Assembly (NCBI GenBank): GCA_023898425.1
Contig: CP060222.1
Coordinates: forward strand, 330,001 to 362,000
Origin: Candidatus Saccharimonadota bacterium
GTDB lineage: Bacteria > Patescibacteriota > Patescibacteriia > 2-12-FULL-60-25
Direction: 5' to 3'
DNA: 32,000 nt
The translations under genes and the position numbers were made by a program. The notes below the pieces were generated by a model that did no database searches, was not told the DNA's origin, and worked only from the letters and a program-made list of their open reading frames with translations. Positions within the stretch are counted from its first letter, which is position 1. The number at the start of each line of letters is the position of its first letter. Positions 8,338-16,708 of this stretch are shown piece after piece.

Positions 8338-8801
8338 GCAAAAAATTATTACAAACGACAAGTATTGTATCAATAGCAATCATTATCTGTATCGGTACCT
8401 GGTATGCATCAAAACCGGCATCCGTACAAATGAGGCATGACAAAGAAGTCACGATCAATGGTGAATCGCTAAAGCTAGAAATAGCACAATCACCATCAGC
8501 AATCACGAGGGGATTAAGTGGGCGTAAAAAGATGGAAGAGGATGAAGGGATGCTCTTTATCATGCCAAATGTAGAAACGCAGACCTTTTGGATGAAAGAA
8601 ATGCAGTTTCCATTAGATATTGTCTTTTTAAGAGAGGGTCGAGTAGTGGACTTGGTGACATTGCAAAAACCAAGTCTGGTATCGATACCTACGCATCAGT
8701 CAAAAGAAATGGCAGACATGGTGCTAGAACTCAATGCAGGGAGGGCGACCGAGCTAAAACTTGAAGAGGGGACAAAGACAACATTAAACGAGCTAAGATA
8801 G
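8334..8801 (+). CDS. DUF192 domain protein with N-terminal membrane anchor
   Basis: GLSGRKKMEEDEGMLFIMP...FWMKEMQFPLDIVFL is the DUF192 signature. Its start overlaps the upstream stop in an ATGA. Confidence 0.8.
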   Translation: MSKKLLQTTSIVSIAIIICIGTWYASKPASVQMRHDKEVTINGESLKLEIAQSPSAITRGLSGRKKMEEDEGMLFIMPNVETQTFWMKEMQFPLDIVFLREGRVVDLVTLQKPSLVSIPTHQSKEMADMVLELNAGRATELKLEEGTKTTLNELR

Positions 8802-8816
8802 CTTGTTTAATGTTGT
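8778..8816 (+). terminator. Long hairpin spanning the DUF192 stop codon (possible operon terminator)
   Basis: A 17-bp stem, 8778-8794 with 8800-8816 (acaacattaaacgagct / agcttgtttaatgttgt, one G-U pair), and a 5-nt loop. The U-tail is weak (tgttatc). Confidence 0.4.
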
Positions 8817-8975
8817 TGTTATCAAGCCAATGGTGAAAGAGCGTAGGGAAACATAGCTGCAGGTATTAGCCCGTATTTACAGATGTATTGAAATTCAGTA
8901 CTGCAGATAAGATTAGTAGGTAATTTATTACTATTCTAGTGTTTTTAGGGCAAACCTTAGCCAAGAGCTCTTTTA

Positions 8976-9004
8976 TTGACAGCCGGGCTCAAAACCGCTA
9001 TTAT
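8976..9004 (+). promoter_or_regulatory. Near-consensus sigma70 promoter for rplU
   Basis: TTGACA (8976-8981), a 17-nt spacer, TATTAT (8999-9004). It lies about 20 nt upstream of ATG 9026. Confidence 0.6.
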
Positions 9005-9025
9005 ACGGCCAATCCCAAAAATTCT

Positions 9026-9328
9026 ATGATTGCAGTTATCTCTACTGGCGGCAAACAATACCTCGTAAGCGAGGGCGACGTCATCAAAATCGAAAAGCTC
9101 GAAACAGAAGCAGGCAAGCCCGTTTCTTTTGAGACACTCCTTACCGCTGAGGGCGATAACCTCAATCTCGGTACGCCATCACTTGGCGAAAAGGTGACAG
9201 CAGAAGTTATTCGTCATGCACGTCATCCAAAAATCGAAGTTGTTAAATACAAAGCAAAAAGCCGCTACGTACGTCGTAATGGCTACCGCCAACACTTCAC
9301 AGAAGTGAAAATCACAAAGATCGCGTAA
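9026..9328 (+). CDS. rplU: 50S ribosomal protein L21
   Basis: MIAVISTGGKQYLVSEGDVIKIEKL...YKAKSRYVRRNGYRQHFTEVKI. The internal ATG was chosen because the longer track ORF (from 8939) would contain the promoter. Confidence 0.93.
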   Translation: MIAVISTGGKQYLVSEGDVIKIEKLETEAGKPVSFETLLTAEGDNLNLGTPSLGEKVTAEVIRHARHPKIEVVKYKAKSRYVRRNGYRQHFTEVKITKIA

Positions 9329-9365
9329 TCCCTCGACGTTGCTCGGGATGACAGGGGTTCAAAAA

Positions 9366-9387
9366 CCCTCCGATCGGAGGGGTTTTT
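9366..9387 (+). terminator. Rho-independent terminator after rplU
   Basis: Stem ccctcc (9366-9371) with ggaggg (9376-9381), loop gatc, then a T5 run at 9383-9387. Confidence 0.7.
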
Positions 9388-9474
9388 GTTTATTATTACC
9401 TAGGCTGTACATGGTGTCATGTACTATAATATGGTACGTTAGTATCAGTACTTACTTATCATTTAAAAAAAATT

Positions 9475-10128
9475 ATGGACGGCAAACACTTTTCTCTTAT
9501 CACCATCGCGATGGTTATCCTGCTCGGTATCGTAGGCCTTGGTTTCATGCAAATGAACACGAATAACACGCTTAGCACGATCTCTAATCGTCTTGTTGTC
9601 GTTGAGCAACAAATAAAACAAGAGCCTGTTAAGACTGAAGAGGTTACTGCTGCTGAAGAAGCAACCACGCCATGCAAAGGTGATTGTGATGCGGGAATCG
9701 TTGAATACAAGGATTACCAATGGGACTTTTCATTGCAGTATCCAGAGGATTATACGGTGGCTTTGGTAGATGACGGGTTTTACTCAGGTCAAAAGAACCT
9801 TCGTCTCACAAGCAAGCCTGGCACACTCTTTCTTGCTGGTGGAGGATCAGCTAAACCAATGGCTGGTGAATTTGTCGAAGGTATTCAGTTAGATATTCGT
9901 GAGCTTGGCGAAGGTCAGATTCACTTCTCAGGAGAAGAAACGTTTGTTGACACAAAAAATCCTCTCGTAAAAGAATTTATTTCTGCTTGTGATGGTCCTG
10001 GATGTGATACGACACGAATTTTCTACATCAGCACCAGAAAAGGTAGTTATGTGATGGATGTAAATTTTAGCAAAGGATATCCATACACAAGTGATATCGA
10101 CGGCATCATTGCATCGATCAAAGAGTAG
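9475..10128 (+). CDS. Hypothetical membrane-anchored or exported protein
   Basis: N-terminal TM/signal anchor (FSLITIAMVILLGIVGLGF), an acidic linker and a Cys-containing globular part. No family recognised. A terminator follows it. Confidence 0.55.
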   Translation: MDGKHFSLITIAMVILLGIVGLGFMQMNTNNTLSTISNRLVVVEQQIKQEPVKTEEVTAAEEATTPCKGDCDAGIVEYKDYQWDFSLQYPEDYTVALVDDGFYSGQKNLRLTSKPGTLFLAGGGSAKPMAGEFVEGIQLDIRELGEGQIHFSGEETFVDTKNPLVKEFISACDGPGCDTTRIFYISTRKGSYVMDVNFSKGYPYTSDIDGIIASIKE

Positions 10129-10133
10129 TCAAA

Positions 10134-10160
10134 ATCCCACCTTTTGGTGGGATTTTTCTT
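10134..10160 (+). terminator. Rho-independent terminator
   Basis: Stem atcccacc (10134-10141) with ggtgggat (10146-10153), loop tttt, followed by a T-rich tail. Confidence 0.7.
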
Positions 10161-10187
10161 TATTGTTTTGCATGCTAGCCTTGGTCT

Positions 10188-10637
10188 ATGTTGTACAAAA
10201 TCGCCAACACCTTCCGTCGTCTCTATTGGTGGATTCGTCGCCCGATCACTATCGGTGCTCGCGCTATCGTTACGGACGGGAAGAGTGTTTTATTGGTGAA
10301 TCATTCGTATCTAAAGAATTGGTATTTACCCGGTGGGGGAGTTGGTCGTGGTGAGACGCTGCAAGATGTAGTGCGTCGTGAGCTTAAAGAAGAGGTGGGT
10401 TTTGTTTATGATGGTGCTTTGAACTTGCTCGCTACCCATTCAAATTTTGGTGAGTATAAGAATGATCACATCGTACTTTTTGAAGTGAAGACCTCGGTTT
10501 TTGAGCCAAAGGGAGGTGGAGAAGTGAAGGAGGCGAAGTTTTTTGCTTTCGATCATTTGCCGGTTGATATTTCACCAGCGACAAAAAGACGTATTGAAGA
10601 GTATCTAAAGATGAAGCCACGGGAAGAGATGTGGTAA
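10188..10637 (+). CDS. NUDIX hydrolase
   Basis: Canonical Nudix box GGGVGRGETLQDVVRRELKEEVGF. Confidence 0.85.
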   Translation: MLYKIANTFRRLYWWIRRPITIGARAIVTDGKSVLLVNHSYLKNWYLPGGGVGRGETLQDVVRRELKEEVGFVYDGALNLLATHSNFGEYKNDHIVLFEVKTSVFEPKGGGEVKEAKFFAFDHLPVDISPATKRRIEEYLKMKPREEMW

Positions 10638-10638
10638 C

Positions 10639-10670
10639 AAAAAATCAGCCCATAAGGCTGACTTCTTTTT
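10639..10670. terminator. Bidirectional terminator between the convergent NUDIX and recR genes
   Basis: Stem tcagcc (10645-10650) with ggctga (10656-10661). An A6 run precedes it and a T-rich run follows, so each strand sees a U-tail. Confidence 0.6.
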
Positions 10671-10724
10671 CCCTGTCCACGAAGTGGAAAGGGATACCCC
10701 AGCAAAGCGCAGGGAGGGTAAAGT

Positions 10725-11327
10725 CTATGATTCACTCCTATGCTGAAACGCGTCATTTAACGTATGCGCATCCGCATATTCAAGTGCTGCACCCGTCGGT
10801 AAGCCACGTGCGAGACGTGTAACGCGCACATTCATCGAGCTCAAGTGCTTTTTCAAATACATCGCGGTTACATCACCAGGGATATTTGCGTCTAAGGCGA
10901 GAATCACTTCTTTGATAGGTGAATCTGCATGAGAGAGGCGATTGATGAGTTTGGCGATATTAAGCGTTTCAGGTGTGCGACCTTCGATAGGGTCGATGGT
11001 GCCACCAAGAACGAGATAGCGTCCTTTAAAGATACCTGCGTCTTCGATTACACGAATATCTGGGCTGGTCGCGATAACACAAAGCACGGATTGATCACGG
11101 CGTGAGTCAGAGCAAATGCTGCAAGGGGAGGATTCGGACCACATTCCACACGTATCACAGAGATGCATGCGCTCGGCGAGCTGGGTGAGAGCGCGTGAGA
11201 ATTGGTCGACGACGTTTTTTGGTTGGTTCACGAGCCAATAGGCATAACGCAAAGCCGCCCTCGGACCAACGCCGGGGAGGCTGTCGAAGGCGGCTGCAGC
11301 TTGCCGTAATGGCTCAGGTAGGGACAT
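10725..11327 (-). CDS. recR: Recombination protein RecR
   Basis: LPGVGPRAALRYAYWL (HhH), a C4 zinc finger (CDTCGMWSESSPCSIC) and a Toprim region (VLCVIATSPDIRVIE). Confidence 0.93.
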   Translation of the reverse strand: MSLPEPLRQAAAAFDSLPGVGPRAALRYAYWLVNQPKNVVDQFSRALTQLAERMHLCDTCGMWSESSPCSICSDSRRDQSVLCVIATSPDIRVIEDAGIFKGRYLVLGGTIDPIEGRTPETLNIAKLINRLSHADSPIKEVILALDANIPGDVTAMYLKKHLSSMNVRVTRLARGLPTGAALEYADAHTLNDAFQHRSES

Positions 11328-11330
11328 TGA

Positions 11331-11645
11331 TTATTGTTTCATCAAATCACCAAGTTCATTGGCGAGATCCATTCCACCCATATCTTTGAGCTTGGTTGCC
11401 ATCGTCTTTTGGAGATTCTTCATGGCGTCGTTTGCGGCATCTTTCACCATTGATTGAAGTTTTTCACGGTCATCCATGGCAGAAGCGTCGATTTCGACAT
11501 TGGTCACTTCTTGTGTGCCATTAATTGTGATTTTTACTTTGTCACCCCAACCAGAAGTGCCGGTAACAAATTCTTTGCTAAGGGATTCTTGGAGGACTTT
11601 TGCTTTGGAACGAAGATCGTTGATCTGTTTGAGTTTGTTGAACAT
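11331..11645 (-). CDS. ybaB: YbaB/EbfC nucleoid-associated protein
   Basis: 104 aa with GWGDKVKITINGTQEVTNVEID...VKDAANDA, the typical YbaB pattern. It lies 3 nt upstream of recR. Confidence 0.9.
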   Translation of the reverse strand: MFNKLKQINDLRSKAKVLQESLSKEFVTGTSGWGDKVKITINGTQEVTNVEIDASAMDDREKLQSMVKDAANDAMKNLQKTMATKLKDMGGMDLANELGDLMKQ

Positions 11646-11666
11646 AGGGCTATAGGGTAAAGGGTT

Positions 11667-13121
11667 TTAGAAAGGAACGCCAGTGCCGACCATCGGGTTT
11701 GATGGATTCTGCGACGATTGACCATCAGAAGGTGGGGGATTTTGTTGAGGGGCACCGCCAAACTGGTCTTTGGAGATATTTTTAAAGCTAGCACGTGCGG
11801 CGTCAAAGTAGAGTTTTACCATACCAGTTGGACCATTACGGTGTTTGGCGATATGGATCTCGGCGGTATTGAGTTCTTCTGGCGAAAGCTCTTCTGGACG
11901 GTAGTTTTTGTCAGCGGCCTTACGATAGATAAAGAGAACAATATCGGCATCCTGCTCAATCGAACCAGATTCACGCAAGTGAGCAAGACGAGGGATAGCA
12001 GGCTTCTGCAGTTCTACAGAACGTGATAGCTGCGAGAGGGCAAGTACCGGTACATTGAGCTCACGAGCAAGTGATTTAAGACCACGCGTAATCTCAGCAA
12101 CTTCGTTCACACGATTATCTGATGATTTGCCACGCGATTCCATGAGCTGCAAGTAATCGATCACTACCATACCGAGGCCATGTTCCATTTGCAAACGGCG
12201 GCACTTGGTTCGAATCTCCATGATATTTGCTGACGCAGAATCATCAATATAGATAGGCGCTTCTGACAAAATACCGAGAGCGTGACCGATACGAGAGAAT
12301 TCATCGTGTTCGCCACCTTCTTGTAGACGACCCGTACGCATACGCCAAAGATCAACGTTTGCCTCAGAACAAAGCATACGATCAACAAGTTGTTCCTTAG
12401 ACATTTCGAGCGAAAAGAGACCTACGGGCACTTTATGTTTAACGGCAGCATGACGAGCAATATCAAGGGCAAAAGATGTTTTACCACAAGCAGGACGAGC
12501 AGCGAGAATCACGAGATCGCTTTTTTGCAAACCACCAAGAATATTATCGAGATCGTTATAGCCAGAAGGCACACCGCGTAACTTTCCTTTTTCGCGATGA
12601 AGCTCATCAATACGATCAAAAGCATCTGTTAGAACGTCACGAATAATTGTAAACGAACGTTTGAGAAACTTTTGCGAAACATTAAAGAGTTTGCTTTCTG
12701 CTGTATCAAGCAAGACCTCTACATCTTCGGCAGTATCATATCCAAGAGCGGTGATTTCTTGTGCGGCAACTAGCAGGCGGCGCAAGGTCGATTTCTTTTG
12801 AATGATTTCTGCGTAATGCACGACATGAGCTGCGGTCGGTGTGGCATTTGCGAGACTCATGAGCTCAGCGCGTCCACCAATACCTTCGAGTTCGCCTTTG
12901 TCCGTGAGACGATTACCCAAAGAAAGCAGATCGATAGGCATCGAACGGCGATACAAATCAAGCATCGCTTCAAAGACACGACGATGTTTGTCGAGGTAAA
13001 AGTCATCAGGAGTGAGTTGATCAGCTACCTTGACCATGGCGTCTTTGTCGAGAAGCAGAGATCCTAAAAAAGACTGTTCCGCTTCTATATTATGGGGAGT
13101 CAGTTTTTCAATCGAGCTCAT
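11667..13121 (-). CDS. dnaB: Replicative DNA helicase DnaB
   Basis: PHNIEAEQSFLGSLLL, Walker A ARPACGKTSF, FSLEMS, VVIDYLQLM. Start set at MSSIEK (13121); the ORF is open to 13163. The C-terminus is an unusual P/Q/S/G-rich tail. Confidence 0.93.
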   Translation of the reverse strand: MSSIEKLTPHNIEAEQSFLGSLLLDKDAMVKVADQLTPDDFYLDKHRRVFEAMLDLYRRSMPIDLLSLGNRLTDKGELEGIGGRAELMSLANATPTAAHVVHYAEIIQKKSTLRRLLVAAQEITALGYDTAEDVEVLLDTAESKLFNVSQKFLKRSFTIIRDVLTDAFDRIDELHREKGKLRGVPSGYNDLDNILGGLQKSDLVILAARPACGKTSFALDIARHAAVKHKVPVGLFSLEMSKEQLVDRMLCSEANVDLWRMRTGRLQEGGEHDEFSRIGHALGILSEAPIYIDDSASANIMEIRTKCRRLQMEHGLGMVVIDYLQLMESRGKSSDNRVNEVAEITRGLKSLARELNVPVLALSQLSRSVELQKPAIPRLAHLRESGSIEQDADIVLFIYRKAADKNYRPEELSPEELNTAEIHIAKHRNGPTGMVKLYFDAARASFKNISKDQFGGAPQQNPPPSDGQSSQNPSNPMVGTGVPF

Positions 13122-13263
13122 ATATTTGGATCTTAGGGGCGCGGCAAGGCGATGGCAATGCAAGAAGAAACAAAAGAGGGGAGAAGGTGGGTTTGGATTG
13201 TGGATAACTCACCAAATATACGATCAAAACGTTTTACGACGCAAGATCTTTTGTATAATAATG

Positions 13264-13272
13264 TGCTATAAT
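13264..13272 (+). promoter_or_regulatory. Extended -10 promoter (TGcTATAAT), 7 nt before ATG 13280; leaderless or near-leaderless
   Basis: TG at 13264-13265 and TATAAT at 13267-13272. A second tgtataat lies about 12 nt upstream. There is no SD sequence. Confidence 0.4.
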
Positions 13273-13279
13273 CCGCGTT

Positions 13280-14404
13280 ATGAAACTCGCGCATGCGTGG
13301 ACAAAGTCTGTACTTTCGATGATGGGGACGATTATGGGAGCTGGTTTATTTGCTTTGCCGGCGGCTTTTTCTTATATCGGACTAGGTTGGGGTACCTTGC
13401 TCTTTTGGTTACTGGCATTTGGAGCGCTGGCGACGCATCTAGCCTTAGCAAGAGAAATCCTTATCACGGGCGGTAAACACCGGTTGAGTTTTTTTGTGAA
13501 GAAATATTTCGGGCCGGTTATCGGAAGGTTGCCAGATATTACTTATCCTTTGCACTTGCTTTCAACGAGTTATGCTTATTTATTGCTCGGTGGAGGGTTT
13601 TTAGCAGCGCTTTTTTATCTTTTTTCTTTGCGCTTACCCGAAACAATTGCCATTGTCTTTTTTTGGGCGTTATTTAGCGTCGTCTCAGCAGCTGGTAATG
13701 GAGCGATTGCACGTGTAGAAACCTATGTTACCGCCGCCATGGTTGCAGCATTATTGATGTTGAGCGCCTTGCAATGGAAGGTCCTTTCTTTTGAGGTTTT
13801 ATACGCAACACATCCGAGCGTTGTAGCGGCAATCGGTATTTTTCTTTTTGCTGTTTCTGGTTTTTCTGGTGTAGGAGAAGTGGTTGAGATAGTTGGCAGA
13901 AAAAAGAAAGCGTCCTATTCGTCTGTCATTGTCGGCACAATGATTTCTGCTTTTCTTACATGGATTTTTGGTGTGATTTTTTTCTTGGCATCACGCGGAA
14001 CATTAGGCGAGAGAGTTATTGAGTTCAATTCTTATGTTCCAAGTAACTATATGTGGTTGCTGCCGGTCTTAGGCTTAACGGGTATTGCAACGTCTTATAT
14101 TACAACATCAGCAGAGCTCAAATCCGTTTTTCGTGGTGATTTTGGATTAACAAAAATGGCGGCGGCAGTGCTCGCATACTGTTTGCCAATTTCATTGCTC
14201 CTTGTTGCATCGCATGAATTTGTACGAGTGATCTCATTTATTGGCGCGGTGTTTATTGGGTTAAATGCCTCAATGATTTGTTGGATTGCCGTTATAAAAA
14301 TAAAACCATCGTCTATGACGAAGGTTTTTATCAAGATAGCTTACGCATTACTCACAGCTACGTATATTGGTTTTGCTCTATATACCGTCTACAAAGCATT
14401 TTGA
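13280..14404 (+). CDS. Amino-acid-permease-like transporter (about 11 TM helices)
   Basis: N-terminal GTIMGAGLFALPAAF motif typical of Aa_trans/HAAAP-type carriers. Uniformly polytopic. Confidence 0.7.
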   Translation: MKLAHAWTKSVLSMMGTIMGAGLFALPAAFSYIGLGWGTLLFWLLAFGALATHLALAREILITGGKHRLSFFVKKYFGPVIGRLPDITYPLHLLSTSYAYLLLGGGFLAALFYLFSLRLPETIAIVFFWALFSVVSAAGNGAIARVETYVTAAMVAALLMLSALQWKVLSFEVLYATHPSVVAAIGIFLFAVSGFSGVGEVVEIVGRKKKASYSSVIVGTMISAFLTWIFGVIFFLASRGTLGERVIEFNSYVPSNYMWLLPVLGLTGIATSYITTSAELKSVFRGDFGLTKMAAAVLAYCLPISLLLVASHEFVRVISFIGAVFIGLNASMICWIAVIKIKPSSMTKVFIKIAYALLTATYIGFALYTVYKAF

Positions 14405-15222
14405 GTTTTTGTCAGTTTTGCAAGATTGTTTAATGCGAGAGCAACGGTTACAGGTCCAACGCCACCAGGGACAGGGGTAATCCAATGATCAGCATCCAAA
14501 AACGCTTGTGTATCAGCGTCTCCGACCGTTTTACCTTGTTCTTTATTAATCCCCACATCAATAATAATAGCTTTTTCGCTTGTGAGTGAAGGATGTAAAA
14601 ATTGAGCTCGACCAATAGCGATAATTACGATGTCTGATTCTTTTAGCTTAAAGGAGTCTAGCTCATCAGGGCGATTGATCGTAACGATGCATCCAGCTGT
14701 TTGTAAAAGTTGTGAGAGGGGATTTGCAAAGGTGTCAGTATTTGTAATGAGCACCGCAATAGCGCCGGCGAGCTTTACCGGGGTTTCATTTAGTAATCGT
14801 AAACATGCTTCATGTACAGGAGAGATGATAATGGGGTTCTTTTCTGCGAGGCGTTTTGCATTTTCTGGATGAAATGCGTCTACATCTTTTAGCGGATCGA
14901 TAGAAGCGATAAGCGCGTCAGTATTGTGTTCGCCCTTTAAGGGGAGTTGAACGAGAATTCCGTTTACGAGGGGATTCTCATTCCATTTTTTCAGTATTTC
15001 TAAAAGCTCAGGATCTGGAGTATCGGCGGAGACTTTTTCGAGTACAGCTTTTGCACCAATACGTTCGGCGGCTTTCATTTTATTACGAATATAAATATCG
15101 GACGCTGAATCATCACCTACTTGCAATATGGCTAATGTTGGTGCGATTTTTAGTGCTTCTATTTGTTGTTTTGTTTCTTGTTCGAGGCGCTGAGCCAAGG
15201 CTTTTCCGTCTATAATAGGCAT
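14389..15222 (-). CDS. folD: Bifunctional methylenetetrahydrofolate dehydrogenase/cyclohydrolase FolD
   Basis: MPIIDGKALA..., ILVQLPL, DVDAFHP, ITPVPGGVGPVTVA. The start was set at the internal ATG (15222) because the ORF's 58-aa extension overlaps uppS. The usual GRSxxVGxP dinucleotide loop reads TNTDTFANP here. Confidence 0.88.
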   Translation of the reverse strand: MPIIDGKALAQRLEQETKQQIEALKIAPTLAILQVGDDSASDIYIRNKMKAAERIGAKAVLEKVSADTPDPELLEILKKWNENPLVNGILVQLPLKGEHNTDALIASIDPLKDVDAFHPENAKRLAEKNPIIISPVHEACLRLLNETPVKLAGAIAVLITNTDTFANPLSQLLQTAGCIVTINRPDELDSFKLKESDIVIIAIGRAQFLHPSLTSEKAIIIDVGINKEQGKTVGDADTQAFLDADHWITPVPGGVGPVTVALALNNLAKLTKTQNAL

Positions 15223-15306
15223 AAGCCAAGCATAAAGCTTGTTGGCCTCAAAGTCGAGAGCGTTTGACCAAGAAGGGTAAAATCGGCTATTCTCAAGCCC
15301 ACTAAT

Positions 15307-15993
15307 ATGACCCAGGGACCACACCACGTAGCCATGATTATGGATGGCAATCGCCGCTGGGCAAAAGAACGCGGTCTTTCGACGATTGACGGTCATAAGG
15401 CCGGTTACGAAACAATGAAAAAGGTAGGGGATTGGTGTATCGATCGTGGAGTCAAAGTCCTTACCGTTTATGCGTTTTCTACAGAAAACTGGAAACGCTC
15501 AGAGACCGAAGTAAACTTTTTGATGCTCTTACTCGAAACAGCGCTCGAAAAAGAAATCGAATATTTTCTTACGCGACAAATTCGTTTGAGAATTATCGGT
15601 AGACGTGAAGGTTTTTCAAAAAAGATTCTTGATCTTATTGATAATGCAGAAAAAGAGACTGAGCATTTTCAAGATTTTACGTTCTGTATTTGTTTGAACT
15701 ATGGCGGACGTCAAGAAATTACTGATGCTGTAAAGGCTATTGTTACCTCGGGTATTTCTGTTGATGAAATTACCGAAGATACCGTAGCATCACATCTTTA
15801 CTGGTCTAATATGCCAGGTCCTGATCTCATTATTCGGACTTCAGGTGAAGAGCGCTTGAGTGGATTTTTGCTTTGGCAAGCAGCATATAGTGAGCTCATG
15901 TGGATGAAAAAGTATTGGCCAGATCTCGAAGAACGAGATGTTGATGCGTCTTTTGAACGGTTCGCAGAACGGTCGCGTCGATTTGGTAAATAG
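15307..15993 (+). CDS. uppS: Undecaprenyl (isoprenyl) diphosphate synthase
   Basis: HVAMIMDGNRRWA, YAFSTENWKR, IRTSGEERLSGFLLWQ. Confidence 0.93.
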   Translation: MTQGPHHVAMIMDGNRRWAKERGLSTIDGHKAGYETMKKVGDWCIDRGVKVLTVYAFSTENWKRSETEVNFLMLLLETALEKEIEYFLTRQIRLRIIGRREGFSKKILDLIDNAEKETEHFQDFTFCICLNYGGRQEITDAVKAIVTSGISVDEITEDTVASHLYWSNMPGPDLIIRTSGEERLSGFLLWQAAYSELMWMKKYWPDLEERDVDASFERFAERSRRFGK

Positions 15994-16014
15994 CACTCTT
16001 TACAGTCAAAAAAA

Positions 16015-16040
16015 GAAGCGATATCATTCGCTTCCTTTTT
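16015..16040 (+). terminator. Rho-independent terminator after uppS
   Basis: Stem gaagcga (16015-16021) with tcgcttc (16028-16034), then cttttt. Confidence 0.65.
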
Positions 16041-16079
16041 GTTTAATGACAAAAAGCGCACATTGAAAGGCTACGACAC

Positions 16080-16643
16080 ATGTCTGAACAAGAGTTAGAT
16101 CATCAGAGCGTAGGGGTGATTATTGCCTGCCCAGGGCTATATAAATTTCTTTTTCAGGTAAACGATGAAGGTCATCCTGACCCTCGTTGTAGAGGAAGAA
16201 TGCAACTCTGGGGTGGTCATATGAAGGAAGAGGATGACAACAATCCTTTTCTCGCGCTGAAGCGCGAACTCTCAGAAGAGTGGTGTGATCAAAGCGTTGT
16301 AGAAGAAGTGTCTCGATGCGTAAGTCGACAGACTCCGCGACGATTTATTCTTCAATCTAACGGAGGCTCACCTCATCCATACAGGTATAGTTTAGATGTA
16401 TTTCTTGCCCTGGCCCCTAGAGAACTCTTTATGGATTGGTTTATTCGCCTCGAGCATCAGGGGTTCAACGAAGGGCGTATGGTATTTCTTACGCGGGAGA
16501 TGATTAAGTACTATATCTCTGATAAAGACTTGCAGAGGCTTTTCTTGGGTAATCTACATGAGGTCATGAAGTATTACTTTGAAAGCGAAGAGTCTTTGAG
16601 CGGTCTTCAGACATTTGCGCGCTCTAGTCGTCCACATGTCTGA
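16080..16643 (+). CDS. Hypothetical protein with a divergent NUDIX-like box
   Basis: WGGHMKEEDDNNPFLALKRELSEEW resembles GX5EX7REUXEEXGU, but with three extra residues before the RE. Confidence 0.5.
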   Translation: MSEQELDHQSVGVIIACPGLYKFLFQVNDEGHPDPRCRGRMQLWGGHMKEEDDNNPFLALKRELSEEWCDQSVVEEVSRCVSRQTPRRFILQSNGGSPHPYRYSLDVFLALAPRELFMDWFIRLEHQGFNEGRMVFLTREMIKYYISDKDLQRLFLGNLHEVMKYYFESEESLSGLQTFARSSRPHV

Positions 16644-16666
16644 TAGTGTCCGAATCGTTTCTACTG

Positions 16667-16692
16667 AAAAAGCACCCGACTGGGTGCTTTTA
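16667..16692. terminator. Bidirectional terminator between the 16080 ORF and rpmA
   Basis: Stem agcaccc (16671-16677) with gggtgct (16682-16688), flanked by aaaa on the 5' side and tttt on the 3' side. Confidence 0.65.
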
Positions 16693-16708
16693 TCATACCG
16701 TTAAGCGA

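Noticed and set aside
13199-13207. A perfect DnaA-box 9-mer (tgtggataa, the complement of TTATCCACA) in the AT-rich dnaB/transporter intergenic region, which could mark oriC.
   Set aside because: I found only one perfect box, and the neighbouring tttggattg has three mismatches. No dnaA or dnaN gene is nearby. A single 9-mer match in 32 kb is not far from chance expectation. At most it may be a DnaA-regulated promoter.
15223-15396. The 58-aa N-terminal extension of the folD ORF (track start at 15396).
   Set aside because: The extension overlaps the uppS start and has no FolD similarity. The conserved N-terminus MPIIDGKALA begins at the internal ATG (15222).
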